Assembly (NCBI GenBank): GCA_964016885.1
Contig: OZ024741.1
Location: 281,914,001 to 281,978,000 of the forward strand
DNA: 64,000 nucleotides
From: Eledone cirrhosa
Lineage: Eukaryota
Direction: 5' to 3'
Positions 50,125-63,624 of the stretch are shown here, piece after piece (the stretch's first letter is position 1; the number at the start of each line of letters is the position of its first letter). The notes beneath the pieces are model-generated. The model made no database searches. It saw only the letters and a list, made by a program, of their open reading frames with translations, and was not told the origin of the DNA. A program made the position numbers and the translations under genes.

Positions 50125-53100
50125 TCACATCACTGTAGAATTTCTTTGTAGACAGTTGGCGGCAAACAGACCCCTTTCATTTAATATTTTAATATTTTCT
50201 TTTTTTGTAACTCGTGATAATGCAACATACATCTGACCATCTGAGAAGAATTGTGTTGGTAGATATACACCTATCTTTTCAAATGTCTGCCCTTGTGCCT
50301 TGTTGCATGTAAGGGCAAAGGCTGGTTTGACAGGAAATTGCTTGCGAGTAAAGGTGAAAGGGAACTCAAGCTCTTGAGATACATGTGGTATCCTTGGGAT
50401 TAGCAACCTTGTTCTAGCATTGGGACCCAATGCCACTTCAGCTTCAATTACATGATTATGTAAACTGATGATGATGTAGCATGTACCATTGCAATGCCCG
50501 TTTAGAGGATCCAAATTTCTCAGAAGCGTGATGCAACTGCCTTTCTTCAGTTTAAGTATGTGCGTTGGGAAGACTGATGGGGTAAGTTTGTTGATGAACT
50601 CAGTTGGATATTGCAGTTCATTATCTACTGTATCAGAGCTTCTGGAGATTATTTCATGACCAGGGAACTTGTTGACCATGAACTCATTCACCAATCTTGC
50701 TGCATCATTTGTTGGAGTGATAACGGCTCTATTTGCAAGCCATAGTGGGTTTGTGTAGTTTCCTGGAAGATTTGTATACACAAAATCTCACAGTTCAGAC
50801 ACATTACCCTATTCCAGACAAAGTTCATTTGGCAGAAGAATTGTGAATGCACCTACAGTTGGAACAGTTGAAGTGTTACCATTTCCCACATCAAGAAGGT
50901 AGTTTGCAAACTGTCTTTCATCAGAATCCTCTGCATTAATTAACCGTTGATTGGTTGTCATCTCCATGGTTTTCACATAGTCCCAGAGATAGGATCTCTT
51001 GATGGTTCCTCAACTATTTGTGGTCTAGCACCATGACGTACAACTGGAAGAATTTGCTTCCAGTCACCAGATAGTAATACTGTTAGACCACCAAATGGCT
51101 TTTTGCAACCTCGAACATCTTTGAAGCTCCTGTCAAGGCATTCAAAGATATGCTTATGTCCCATACCTATCTCATCAATGATTAGCAGGTCAGCTTGTTG
51201 CATAAGTTTACCTGTGTCATCCCTCTTTGTGAAGAAGCAAGTTGATTCAGCATTCACATTGAGAGGAATCTTGCACTTGGAATGAAGAGTTCTACCTTTG
51301 AGAAGCAAAGTGGCTGCTATTCCAGATATGGCAGTGGCAAGTGCAATTTATTTTTTTAGATCGGAGGTAATCCAATAGGATGTTTATGACATAGGTCTTT
51401 CCTGTACCTGCACTTGCATTCAAGCAGAAAATTCTGCCTTCATTTTCATTTACAGAGGTGATTACTTTGTGAAAAATAACCAGTTGCTCCGGATTCAATG
51501 TTGGCAGAAGTTCATTTATGTTTGCTTGCAGTTGGTGTGTATTGAAATCAGTTTCTGCCATAAGAATCCTATTGATTTCTGGTATGTCAACAATAGTTGG
51601 GTCTGGCCGAGGAAGTCCATAGTTGGCATGAATGTCCAAGCCATCATGTTGAAGTCTTTGTTGGATCTGCTGTAGAACAATCTGCACAGTTTGCATGGAC
51701 ATGACTTGCTCATGACGATCATGCATGATATCTTCTGCAAGACAATTCTTCCATTTCTCCCAGAACTGCAGAGGGTCATTCGGCATGCTGTACAATAAAA
51801 TGGTGTAGAAGCTCTTTCGCAGCTGAGGACCAAGTGTAATGGATGAGGCCTCTTCCATAGCTTTGTCTTTTTCTCCATCTTCATCTAACAGACCAAGTTT
51901 CCTGCATGCTTCTTGGAATGTTGGAAATTCAACTCCTTCAATTGTCCTCAAATCTTTGTATGAAGATGACGTAGCTTTGTGATGTAGTATCGTCCTGAGG
52001 TAATATAATTCAGATTGATGTCTACTGAGAGATACTGTTGGAATGCGTCCAAGAGATTCACTCATAAATTGTTGATCACCATCCAGATATCCCTTTTTTC
52101 TTCTTCGCCACTTTTTGTTTGTCCAAGTGAAATATTTAGGAATATCAATGTACAATATGTTTTGTGCCAGTGGGTCTCTAATATTCAGTTGAAAATATTC
52201 CTTCAACTTAATCATTGGCTGTCCCCTAGAAACAATACTTTCTTCCTGCCCTCGCTCACACATGACCATTTGTTCCCCAGATAAATGGCAAGGCAACTTT
52301 TCAACTGGCGGTTTTCGATGATGTAATGGAAATTTATAGATTCTCCAGAATGCTTTATTGGCTCAATTGATATAGGTCTCAATCTCATTTTAGGCATGGA
52401 CACAATTTCCTTGATCATCCTTAATAGTGAAAGTGATCCTTTTGTGATGTACTTATATAAGTACTTAACAGCCTTGACACTGTGGACAACCTCACAATTG
52501 ATGTGGCACTGATATCTCAATGAGAGGAAAGGGCTGTATGGAACAATCCAACAATTATCAACAGTAAATTCTTGACCTTTAAGTTGGATTGTATGGGTGT
52601 GACCACCATGCTGTCTATCCCTTCTTCTATACTCCAGAAAGGAATTTTCAGCAACAAATGTGATTTGTCTGAATGCCTTGGGATAACCTTTTGAGCAATG
52701 GCGTTGTTGTCCTAGTCCTTCCATACATGAGCACATCATATTAGCTTCTCCACGTGGGCCATGAATGTTGCAGGATGTGATGATCTTATGCAGAATTGGA
52801 TTGGTCTCTTTATCAGAAATCTCACAGTAAACTACCTGATCAATGGCATCAGCAGTTTTAGGCTTGCTATCTTCAGCCATTATCAGCAGAATATGAGCAT
52901 GAGGGAGGCCTCGTTTTCTGCCACTCTATTGTAGCAGAATGAGCCACAACTTTTCCTAGAACATTTTTTTTTCAGTATGTCATCCATGAGGCTGTCATAC
53001 TTGATCTTGAAGACTCTTGCACAAATATCAGGATGGTCTCTAGGTTCTTCACCAGGGTGCAAACTATTTTTTATTTCATCCCAGTTAGGGTTAGTTGTTA

Positions 53101-53270
53101 CCGTGATGAAATAAGATGGCTTTCCCATGTGTCGAACCACAGTCATCGAATTCTGAAAGCACTCACTGTAGAAGCAAGGGGAACCATAGAGTGAAGGAGG
53201 AAGAACAATTCTCCGGCATGCACTTGTTTCAGACGTTAGACTGTGCTCATGCTGGGGTACCACGATTAAA
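50125..53270 (-). pseudogene. Helitron Rep/PIF1 helicase gene, frameshifted
   Basis: Rep: YFITVTTNPNWDEI, HPDICARVF, HAHILL, KYLYKYITKG. Helicase: ASAGTGKT, LLIIDE, GDWKQILPV, LLRNLD..CNGT, QFPVKPAFALTCNKAQGQT. Confidence 0.93.
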
Positions 53271-54277
53271 GGATTTTCTTGACCTCAATTCCAGTACATA
53301 TATTTTAAAATCTAGTACTTATTTTATTGATCTCTTCTATTCGCTTTGAAACATGTGTGTGTGTGTCTATGTGTTCATATGTATGATGGTACCCTATCAC
53401 TTGCGACGAGGATTCTTCCAGCTAGGTTTCTCAAATAGAACTGCCTGAAATTAAGGTGAGAGTGTCTGAACATTCTATAGACATGTATAACGGAGGGTTT
53501 CAAGGTGGGACTACATTGGTTCTTCGACTTACTGGCAGAGTACACTTTTTTTTACTTCAGTGGAGAGAAGAAAGGCGAAATAAAGTGTCTTGCTCAAGAA
53601 CACAACGCACTGATGGGATTTGAACTCTCAACATTACAATCACGAGACACACACACACAGACATAAACGCACACACATATGCACACATACACAGATACAG
53701 TAACACACATATGCACACACACACATAAGCAAACAAATATACATACACATATACATATATATATATATACACATAAACACTTATGCACACAAACAGATAC
53801 ACACACATAAACACACCACACATACATATATATATATATATATACTTGTGTGAGTGAGTCTATGTACTTATGCAATGGTAACAAGAATATACACCTGTGG
53901 ATTGAATCATTGGTGCGTAGTAAATTATCCTTTCCTTATTTCCACATCTTCACATACATACACACAGCCACATATACAGATAACCACACTATCGTCTATC
54001 TTTCTATCTACCTACCTATATATCTATGTATCGATCTATCGTCCTATCTATCTACCTGCCAACCTACCTGTCTATCTACCTCTCTCTCACACACACACAC
54101 ACAAGTATATCTATTCTAGAGAGTGTGTCCGTTAGATGTATAATTGTATTTCAAGAATTACGAAGAATTTGCAAGTTACTTCATCCGGGGAGGATAAATA
54201 ATAGCTTCACTAACCTCGGAAGACGAATTGTGTGCAGTATGTATGTGTCTTTATATATATATATATATATATATATT

Positions 54278-55075
54278 CGTGCATGCGCACTTCGGACCCG
54301 GCTTCGCGCATGCGCAGTACAGACTGGCCTTCACGCATGTGCAGTACAGGCAAGCCTTCGCATATGCACAGTACGGACCAGCCTTTGCACATCCGCACTT
54401 CACGCATGCGCAGTATGGACCAGATTTTGCGCATGCGCAGCATGGACCGGCCTTCACGCATGTGCACTTTGGACAAGACACGCACATGCACAATTCGGAC
54501 CAGACTTTGCGCATGCGCAGTACGGACGAGTCTTCATGCATGCGCAGTTCGGACCTGCCTTTGCGCATGCTCACTTCAAAACCGGCTCCGCGCATGCACA
54601 ATAAGGACCAGCCTTCACGCATGCGCAGTACGGGCCTGCCTTCACAGATGCACAGTAGGGACCAACCTTTGCGCATGCGCAGTATGGACCAGCCTTTGCG
54701 CATGTGCAGTACTGACCAGCTGTCGCGCATGCACAGTACAGGCAAGCCTTTGAGTATGCGCACTTCGGACCAGCCTTCACGCATGCGCACTTCGGACCCG
54801 GCTTCGTGCATGCGCAGTACGGACCAGCCTTCACACATGCACAGTACAGGCAAGCCTTTGCATATGCGCAGTACAGGCAAGCCTTCGCAGATGCGCAGTA
54901 GGGAACAGCCTTTGTGCATGCACAGTACGGATCAGCCTTCGTGCATGCGTAGTACAGACCAGATTCCTCGCATGCGCAGTACGGACCAGCCTTCGCGCAT
55001 CCGCACTTCAGACGAGCCTTCACGCATGCACAGTACGGACCAGATTTTGCGCCTGTGCACTTCGGACCAGACTTT
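54278..55075. repeat. 27-bp minisatellite (~29 units), consensus GCAGTACGGACCAGCCTTCGCGCATGC
   Basis: GCAGTAC at 54314 and 54341 gives period 27, which produces 9-aa-repeat ORFs in all frames. Confidence 0.93.
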
Positions 55076-55399
55076 AGGACACTAAAAGCAAGTACCGCCA
55101 TGGAAAACAGTGACCGTACTGCAGAATCGATTTCATAAAACGGTACTGTATGATCGTTAAATGTAGAAGGATGATAGTTTATTAACAGCGAAATAGCAAT
55201 GTCGATGATATGCAAGTTTAAAAATGCATATTATGAAGGTTTGTATGATAGTTTACACTTTTTCCTGAAACTGCTTCTTTATAATAAACTTTCAATAATA
55301 TTTTTCAAATTATTGGTACTGTATGTTAACAGCGAAAGAACGTTGATGAAATTGTAAATAAGACAAAAGTATTAGAACAGGGGGAAATAACTCATCGAA

Positions 55400-55585
55400 C
55401 GCGATAGTTTTGGGATCCCAGGTACCACATTTTTCAAGTTAGAGATTTGAAACCTCGTCTATTTGCTTCCTTGCCACTTTTTACACAGGTGTGTAAATTT
55501 TCATGTCCGTCCGACCACGTCTACTACTATTTAACCGTGCACATCTGAATTTCAACCACCACCCATTTCGCAAATATATATTAGA
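55400..55585 (-). mobile_element. Probable Helitron 5' terminus
   Basis: Minus strand A|TCTAATATATATTTGCG, a TC start after A, upstream of and co-oriented with the Rep/Hel gene. Confidence 0.55.
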
Positions 55586-56242
55586 TATCGTCTTTTTTTA
55601 ATGTATCATGGATTACGTTACTGATTACAGAAGACAGTGTAACACAGTCTTCGTTCAATTTCTGTGTATATTGTCAATTACGGTTTTATTTGATGTATCA
55701 TATCTACATGCATATATACTTGCGTATAATATCAATATACACACTACACACTACACAAGCTAGCAGAAAACCATCCGAAGGGTGGTTTTTCTGCTATTTA
55801 TATTAAATGAGTTTTTTAAAAAAGAGTTAATAAATAAATAAAACGTTATACTTGTTTTACCCTCCTATTTCCAATTAAATCGAACCTTATCATGACTATG
55901 TGTGTTTGTGTAAATGTATGTATGTTTGTGTGAAAGTATGTGTGAATTATGTCCGTGGGTGTGTATTTTTATAAGTTTGTGTTTGCGCCATTATAGTTAT
56001 ATACTCATACATATAGATGTATGTGCACACTCATACGCGTCAGTGTGTAGAAAATCATAATCTCTCTATCTCTCTCATCACACACTCTTTCTTTCTATAT
56101 ATATATGGTAGTGATGGTGGTGGTGACGATATACCGGAAGTGCAACTTTGAAAAGAAGTCAATTTTAGATTATTTATTTTTACGAAATCATTTGTTTACG
56201 AAATTTAGTACATAAATTATGTAATATTCATTCATTATTTAT

Positions 56243-56535
56243 GTGGATTGGCTAACTTTGCCTTTCATCCTTACGGGGTCGATAAAATAAAGTACCAGTA
56301 ATACACTGGGTAATTGCTGGCCTTGTGCCTAAAGTAGAAACAATTATTTATGTGGATTGGCAGTATCGGTTGAGGGTCGGACGCCATGCTTTGCAGCAGA
56401 GAGTTACTCCCCTTTATGATCTGAGTCAAATCCCGCCGAGGTTAGCTTTGCCTTTCATCCTTACGGGTCGATAAAATAAAGTACCAGTAATGCACTGGGT
56501 AATTGGTGGCCTTGTGCCAAACGTGAAACAATTAT
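56243..56535 (+). mobile_element. Tandem family A SINEs (first internally deleted, second full-length)
   Basis: 56243-56348 and 56352-56535; both are preceded by ATTATTTATGTGGATTGGC. Confidence 0.9.
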
Positions 56536-56772
56536 TTATTCAAAGTAATCCAACTTATTTTACTAACTAGATTTAAAAAAATAAACCGTACGCAGTCCCC
56601 CAGCCCTTGCTTTATTATAGTTTATATATATATATAAGCAAAAGGGATATTTAATTTGTTGGTAATTCAACAAATATATATATTTATAACTGATTTGAAG
56701 CACTCGACAAGTTTTCTGGAGTATAATATCAATGATATTAATAAATGGAAACTATATTTATAAAACCATATT

Positions 56773-56833
56773 TATTCTATTATATATATTTCAAGGGTAC
56801 CAAAACTTTGGTACGCTCTCATCAGATAAAATA
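56773..56833 (-). ncRNA. Type I hammerhead ribozyme, intact
   Basis: TATTTTAT-CTGATGA-GAGC-GTACCAAA-GT-TTTGGTAC-CCTT-GAAA-TATATA-TA^-ATAGAATA. Confidence 0.8.
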
Positions 56834-57242
56834 GAAAGTTTATTTTATAAATATTGACATATCCAGGAATGAGATCTTAACAGTTCAAGTTTTTCCTGGA
56901 TAGTAAAAGGAAAGAGGAAAAATATTTCAAATTATTAAGATTCCACCATTCCTGCAAACTGTTAATTCTTTTTTAATTCACGTAAATACAAGCTTTTCTT
57001 TCTTTCTCTTTCTTCTTCCTACACATACATATATATATAGTAATAATTATTTAAATCTACCTAGCGTCTAAAAATAACGTTTTTTTCAGCCCTATACCTC
57101 AACCTCATTTGCTTATTCATCTTAATAATTTGAAATATTTGATTTTTCCTCTCTTTCCCCTCTTTCCTTTTACTATCCAGGAGAAACTTGAACCATTAAG
57201 ATCTCCTTCCTGGATATGTCAATATTTATAAAATAAACTTTG

Positions 57243-57303
57243 TATTTTATCTGATGAGAGCATATCAAAGTTTTGGTACCCTTGAAATATATATAATAGA
57301 ATA
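57243..57303 (+). ncRNA. Type I hammerhead ribozyme (inverted copy)
   Basis: Same motif with two substitutions in stem II. Confidence 0.75.
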
Positions 57304-57517
57304 AATATGGTTTTATAAATATAGTTTCCATTTATTAATATCATTGATATCACTTTTCCTTGCTTCACCATCTTTGTTTGTTTACACTCGTGTCCCTTTT
57401 ATTTACGTGTCCCAACGACTTTTTTTAGCCGTTGCTCACACCAACCGGAGGAATATGGTCTTTAAAGCGATGAAATACCAATGATGTTGGAAGATCACTG
57501 ATGAAGGACTAACTTTA

Positions 57518-57560
<43 letters not shown>

Positions 57561-57639
57561 AAATTAACTCAAAAATATAAAATTTTGATGATTTAGTGTT
57601 AAAAATAACAAAAACTAAAAAATATATTCTTTTTAAATG

Positions 57640-58330
57640 AGGCTCCCAAGGGTGTGTGGCCCTAAGCTATAGCTTATTTAGCTTATAGGTAAGACCAGCA
57701 CTAGCTATATTCTTTACTTTCATAAACACAACAACCAGCTCATAAGCAGCATTTAGACTTGAAATGATAAGCATTTCGGTATTTATTGCTCCTTTTTAGT
57801 AGGTATTGATCATAAATTTGAGAACCATTTACACCATTTGCACCAACATGGAGTTGACCTTCCTAACCCTGTAGTCTCCTTCTTATTTTGCCAATATTTT
57901 TATGACAGCTACACCTACTTTCGTTAGTTTTATTAAAAGATCCATGGAGTTATTGTAAATGTCAATCTCTCAATTCTGATCTTTTCTCATAACATAAAAT
58001 TCTTGTTGCATATTTTACTTTATTCTGAGTAGGAACAGGTGCTATAAAACAAAACTCTTTTACTGATAATAGCTGTCAACTTCTCTTCACAAGAGTTTTA
58101 GTTGGCCAGAAGCAGCTTTGAACAAGCATCAAACTATATAATATTGTAAGCTTCTCTCTTTTGCTTTCGAGAAACAAGGTATTGATTTCAGATCTTTGTG
58201 ATCAGGAGCTACATTTTTTTGTGAAAATCAATGTTTTTTCTCTGTTCTTCTTAACCAATTTGAGTTTTGTCATCACAGCAACTTCATATGATGGTTTACT
58301 GTAAACATTACTTTTATGTCAAACTTGATC
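57640..58330 (-). mobile_element. Decayed hAT transposon remnants
   Basis: hAT-like end GGCCCTAAGCTATAGCTTATTTAGCTTATAGGTAAGACCAGCACTAG; weak minus-strand similarity to a hAT transposase (EGQLHVGANGVNGSQI). Confidence 0.35.
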
Positions 58331-58477
58331 ATCTTCGGTTCAAATATACTTTTTGCATCCTCCTTATAATAACTCTGACTAAATTTAGCTGAGTCAACAA
58401 GAAAAAACAAACAAACATAGAACAATATAATACAATGATAATATATATTAGTTTAACATTTGATATAGTAGGAAAAG

Positions 58478-58516
58478 AGTCTAACGTTTCAGATGCTAGC
58501 CCTTCATTAGAAGATA
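58478..58516 (-). ncRNA. Decayed minimal PLE-type hammerhead
   Basis: CTAATGA-AGGG-CTAGCA-TCT-GAAA-CG-TT-AGA; core G5 changed to A. Confidence 0.4.
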
Positions 58517-59295
58517 GAATGAGAGAGAGAAGAAATGAAAAGAAAGACATGAGTAAGAAAAGAAAAAAAACAGGAACAATTTTTTTTCAGGAGAAAAACG
58601 TGTGTAGTTAGTCAGCCCTTTTGAAAGATTGAATTTTCATATGTGACTCGTGTATGGGAGAATTACAGGAAGGGAGTTGATACCTGAGGAGGTCTACAGA
58701 AAAGAACTTTGATAAAAGTCAAAGTAGAAAGATTATCATTTGTAGTTGATCTAACAAAGAAAACACTATAGTAATGAAAGGAATGTTTCCCTACCAGGGT
58801 GAAATTAACTTCATAGATAACGAACATAAACACAGACAGACAAAAATACACATGCGCACAAACATACACAACACTGGAACATGCACACACATACACATAC
58901 ACACATCCCCCACATGCACATATGGAGTGTCTACAATGTGAAGATGGGGAAGACCCCAAATCAGTCTCGTACTTTGTGCATGGTGGGGTGCAGAGTAGGT
59001 ATATTAAAGAGGTAGACTGCCAATAGTGAGCCTTTTCATTTCAAGTTTTGAAAAAACTTGTGGAAAAAAGTTGAAATAATTGTTCTTGTCATTGGGACTG
59101 TTACTTTTCTGACACACCTCGTATATATACATACATATATATATATAACACATACACATAGACAGACAGACAGACACACACACATGCATGATTAATGGCC
59201 TCCTTGGTCGACTCTATTTATATATATATAGTTAAAAAATGAGGCAAAGTTCTATACAAATCAAAGATTATAGGTTAAAGAATAAAGCACAGCGA

Positions 59296-59413
59296 AGAGT
59301 TCAAATCCCGCCGAGGTTGACTTTGCCTTTCATCCTTACGGGGTCGATAAAATAAAGTACCAGTAATGCACTGTGATAATTGCAGGCCTTGTGCCTAAAG
59401 TAGAAACAATTAT
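59296..59413 (+). mobile_element. 5'-truncated family A SINE
   Basis: Match from the B-box to the 3' end. Confidence 0.85.
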
Positions 59414-60423
59414 TTTCTTTTATCTGACAGAAAGAATATTTTTATACATGTTACATTAAATGGATTTAAATTTTGTCAAATATTACTGGTTTCGATTAGT
59501 ATGTCAATTTTATAAAATTTTTAAAACGTTTGAATACATAAAAAAATGAGAAAACTGATCGCTAGAACAGCCGTTAAAATAGCTAAATGCTGTCAAAGAA
59601 AGCGTTGGACAAAAATGCCTCAGAGGACTGAGACCAGTGGCCAATGGTCAAAAGAGAGATGATCCACAAGTGTGTGACAGGCAGATGAAATATAGAAAAG
59701 ATTGAAAGAGGAGGAGGACAAGAAGTTTGTTCTTATATTCTGTGGACAGTTAGAACATTCGTAAATTTTCTGTCAAAATTTCTTCTATATATATGAGGTG
59801 GGGTGGTGATGGTGGAAGTGGGGTTCAACATATCAGGATTCAATTGATTCACTAGAAAATTCTCTTGGTTCAACTAGCATTTAAACTGGCTGTATCCGAC
59901 CAAAATTATTTCACCTCTTTCTGTTCAAACCAGCTGTAACCTGCCACTTATACCAATGTTAAGGTATTGATCTCATAATAAATGACATCAATATCTCGTA
60001 GATTTGATATTATGTGAAATAAAGCCTTTACTGTGAAAAAATACAATAGTAAATATAGAGTAATGTGAATGGTAAAGAGTTAAATAGAAAATTCCTTTTC
60101 TATTCATAATAATGGTCCAGATAATAGACAAGTAATGAATTGCAAAGGATGGTTGGAAAAGAGCCAGTAATGAATATTGTAAAAAGAACTGGAATGAGAT
60201 ATGAAATGGCTGAGCCATGTGTTGAGGAAGGATGAAAGGAGTGATGGAAATGAATATGGAAGGAAGCAGAGAAAAGGAAAGACCAAGGAAGACATGGCTA
60301 AAGATGATGGAGGAGAAAATGAAAGTTGGTGAAAGGGGATGCTGAGGAAAGAGCAAAATAGAGAAGCCTGTTATGGACCCTGCAAGGGAAAATGACCTTA
60401 AAATACAATTGTTGTAATTGTTG

Positions 60424-60473
<50 letters not shown>

Positions 60474-60849
60474 GTTGCTGTTGTTAGACCCATGATTCTT
60501 TTACCACAATTGCCCCTCATTTTCTTTTTGTCATTTTGGGGGATTTAAAGACTAAAACAGAGAACTTAGAGCAAATGCATCAGAAAAGTATGTTTAAAGC
60601 TTTTAACATGAAGATTAAGTTTTTACTTCATGGTTTAAGAAAAATAAATACATTGCACATTTCACTGAAACGGAAGTGTTATTTAGATGTCAACTACAAA
60701 AATATTTTCCCAGAAACAGGGTGTTTGCATCTCGTCCTGATTTCAAATTAAAAGTCTAAAGTTGTTTATTCTCAGTTAGTATTTTGAAATGTAATCCAAA
60801 TAATGTATATACAAGTTATGAAAATGTTCCTGTTAAAGAGATGAATTTC

Positions 60850-61270
60850 TTAACCTTTTCATTGGCTTATTTCTAATGAAAGACACTTCCTATGACTTTC
60901 AATTAATTTTGAAAATAATCAAAAATTTGGAGGGATTTATTAATAAGTTACTCATTATCATGATAGGGTCTGGGGCATAACTTAAGAAAGATTCTTACAT
61001 AAAATTATTATGGAAACTTTTTAGATAAATAGATGAATTTCTTAACCCTTTCATTACCATTTTTCTAATGAAAGATACTTCCTATAACTTTCAAATAATT
61101 TTGAAAATAATCAACAATTTGGAGGAATTTAATGACATAACTTTCTGACTATCCCAATAGTGTTTGAACATAATCTAATGAAGGTCCTTATTTTATGATG
61201 AAAGAATTTTAGATAAGTATAGACACTTAAAAAAAACAGTTTTGTATCGTAGAACCAGGAGCAGACTCAT
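60850..61270 (+). repeat. Tandem copies of the TTAA-CCCTT repeat family
   Basis: Units start at ~60850 and ~61042; homologous to 7630-7742 and to 30320-30410 (minus). Confidence 0.7.
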
Positions 61271-62369
61271 GCACTCATGGAAACACAAATTATCTGACAA
61301 TTCAACAATAGAGCCTCTGTTTCAGTCACGGGAAATCTGCAGCCTGTGAGCCATATGTGGCTTGTTTTTTAGCAGTGCAACCTGTCTTATGATGAGCTAC
61401 ACTCTACGCAGCCCACTGCTAAAAAAGGTTGCCCACTTGCTAGAAATAGCAGCCAAATCATTCTCAAATAAATCCCCTTATCCCAGATAGTCCCAGATAG
61501 CCCTAAAGTGATGGGACGATTAACACTTCACAATAAAACAACACAACTCACATTACAAATACTCTACATCAAGAATTCAAAAGGGCCATTATGTTCTGGG
61601 GAAGAGGTACAGTGGGCCAAAAGTGAGATGATGGGTGTGTGGGGGCATGATTTCCACTATTTATAATGCTAATCTGCAATACTATTTATTATTTTGTATT
61701 TATTATTTTTTCCATCAAAATGAATATACATTATGATAGTAAGTTGGATTAGTACAGAATGTAAGGAGACAAATTTTCCTTATTCAGTTTTTACTTTTAG
61801 TAAATGCCCTTTCTTCAGTTTTTATTTTTGGTAAATTCCCTTTCTTCTGTGTTTACTTTTGGTAAATTCCCTTTTTTCCATCTTCACTATTGATAAATTC
61901 TGTTTTTCAATTTTATTTTATTTCATGAGAAAATTGCAATAAATTATACTATAGATTTTATTAAAACAGGGACAAATTATCAAATTTTATGAAAATATAA
62001 ACCACAAAAATTCTTCTGCTGTGAGCCAGAGACGAGAAGTTTGTGTACCACATGTGACTCGCAGGCTACATGTTTGTGGTCCTTGCTCTACATAATTACC
62101 TAGGTCTAAACAACAACTACATAACTACACAATAACCTGTGTAATGATGTTGGATCTCAGTCAGTTCTCATGATGAACGTTCCAACACTGGAACAGCCTG
62201 ATAAAAAAATTAAGATACAAGTGGCTGAGCATTCTACAGATACATATATCTGTAACATAGTTTTCAGCAAGATTCAGCGTGACAGTAAGACAAAGCTGGC
62301 CCTTTGAATTACAACTACAACTCATTTTTGCCAGATGAGTAATTTATTTAATTATATATATATATATAT

Positions 62370-63091
62370 ATAAATATAAGTATGTATATGTACATACATA
62401 TATGTATACAGACGTACAGTAGTATGTATATACATACATACATGCACACACATATATATATGTACGTATGGGTTTACCAAACATTTATTATAATGTTCGG
62501 TTTGTTTGTAAACAAACAGTCCGAATTAAGCCATACAGTGTCGGCAACCATCGTTGCCCATTTGTTCAACACTGACTAAAGAACGATGAACTAGTTTCTA
62601 GCTTATTAGCTGTCATCAGCATTGTATACCTTCCCGTCAGTCGATTGAACGTTTGAAAGTATATACTTTCCTTATGCATATTAACGGCTGAGCAGCCTAA
62701 TTTGCATATCGAGTGAGTTAGTCGGCCGGGCGTACTGAAAACGATAAATGGAAAAAATGAAATTTCATTTCTCACTCTTAGTACAGCTGATACTTAAATA
62801 TAAGTATGTATACATACATACATATATGTATACAGACGTACAGTAGTATGTATATACATACATACATGCACACATATATATATGTGCGTATGGGTTTACC
62901 GAACATTTATTGTAATGTTCGGTTTGTTTGTAAACAAACAGCCCGAATTAAGCCATACAGTGTTCGGCAACCATCGTTGCCCTTTTGTTTAACACAGTAC
63001 GTCTGTATACATATATGTATGTACGTATACATATTTATATTTAAGTATCAGCCGTACTAAGAGTGAGAAATGAAATTTCATTTTTTCCATT

Positions 63092-63093
<2 letters not shown>
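62370..63093 (-). repeat. Second locus of the ~430-bp hammerhead repeat (about 1.5 tandem units plus a short inverted piece at 62996-63093)
   Basis: Reverse complement of 11800-12550. Confidence 0.9.
62583..62625 (-). ncRNA. Minimal type I hammerhead ribozyme
   Basis: ACAATG-CTGATGA-C-AGCT-AATA-AGCT-A-GAAA-CTAG-TT^-CATCGT. Confidence 0.7.
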
Positions 63094-63124
<31 letters not shown>

Positions 63125-63624
63125 TACAATAACAGAGATAGTTTAAAGCTAATCTCTGACTGGTAACCATCTCACTCAACAAACATTAGGTTATATTTTA
63201 ATATAAACCCAATTTAAGTGTTTGGGGTGCTAACAATATGTATTATGTGGAAAAGCCAGTTGTATTATTTTATGAGATATAAATAAAGTTAAAATATATC
63301 TCTCTTTCCAAACAATTGTTTCATTATAAGTTTTCTACAAATTCGGAGAATATTTCCAGTTTATGTAGAAGCCTAATATACATTCATGTAAGAATATATT
63401 TAGGTGGGCGCTTATAAATCATCAGTGGATGCCCATTAAACCTTGATATAAGAAAAACATTTCTTACCACGGTTAAAAATCATGTCCGTTAAGTTGCTCC
63501 TTCCCGCATTGAATGACCGGCAAATTTGAAATTCCAGCAGTTTTTGACTGAGGAAGTGTTATAGCATCACTAAGCAGGAAGGGGAGACAACTACGATCCA
63601 CGAAAGGAGGAAAAAAAATAATAT

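Larger units (their letters stand above)
56640..57350. repeat. Inverted PLE terminal-repeat pair, each arm carrying a hammerhead
   Basis: ~56727-56940 is the reverse complement of ~57120-57350; homologous to 16455-16680. Confidence 0.85.

Noticed and set aside
54026-55215. Five or more overlapping 170-285 aa ORFs with Cys/His repeats
   Set aside because: By-product of a 27-bp (multiple of 3) stop-poor minisatellite.
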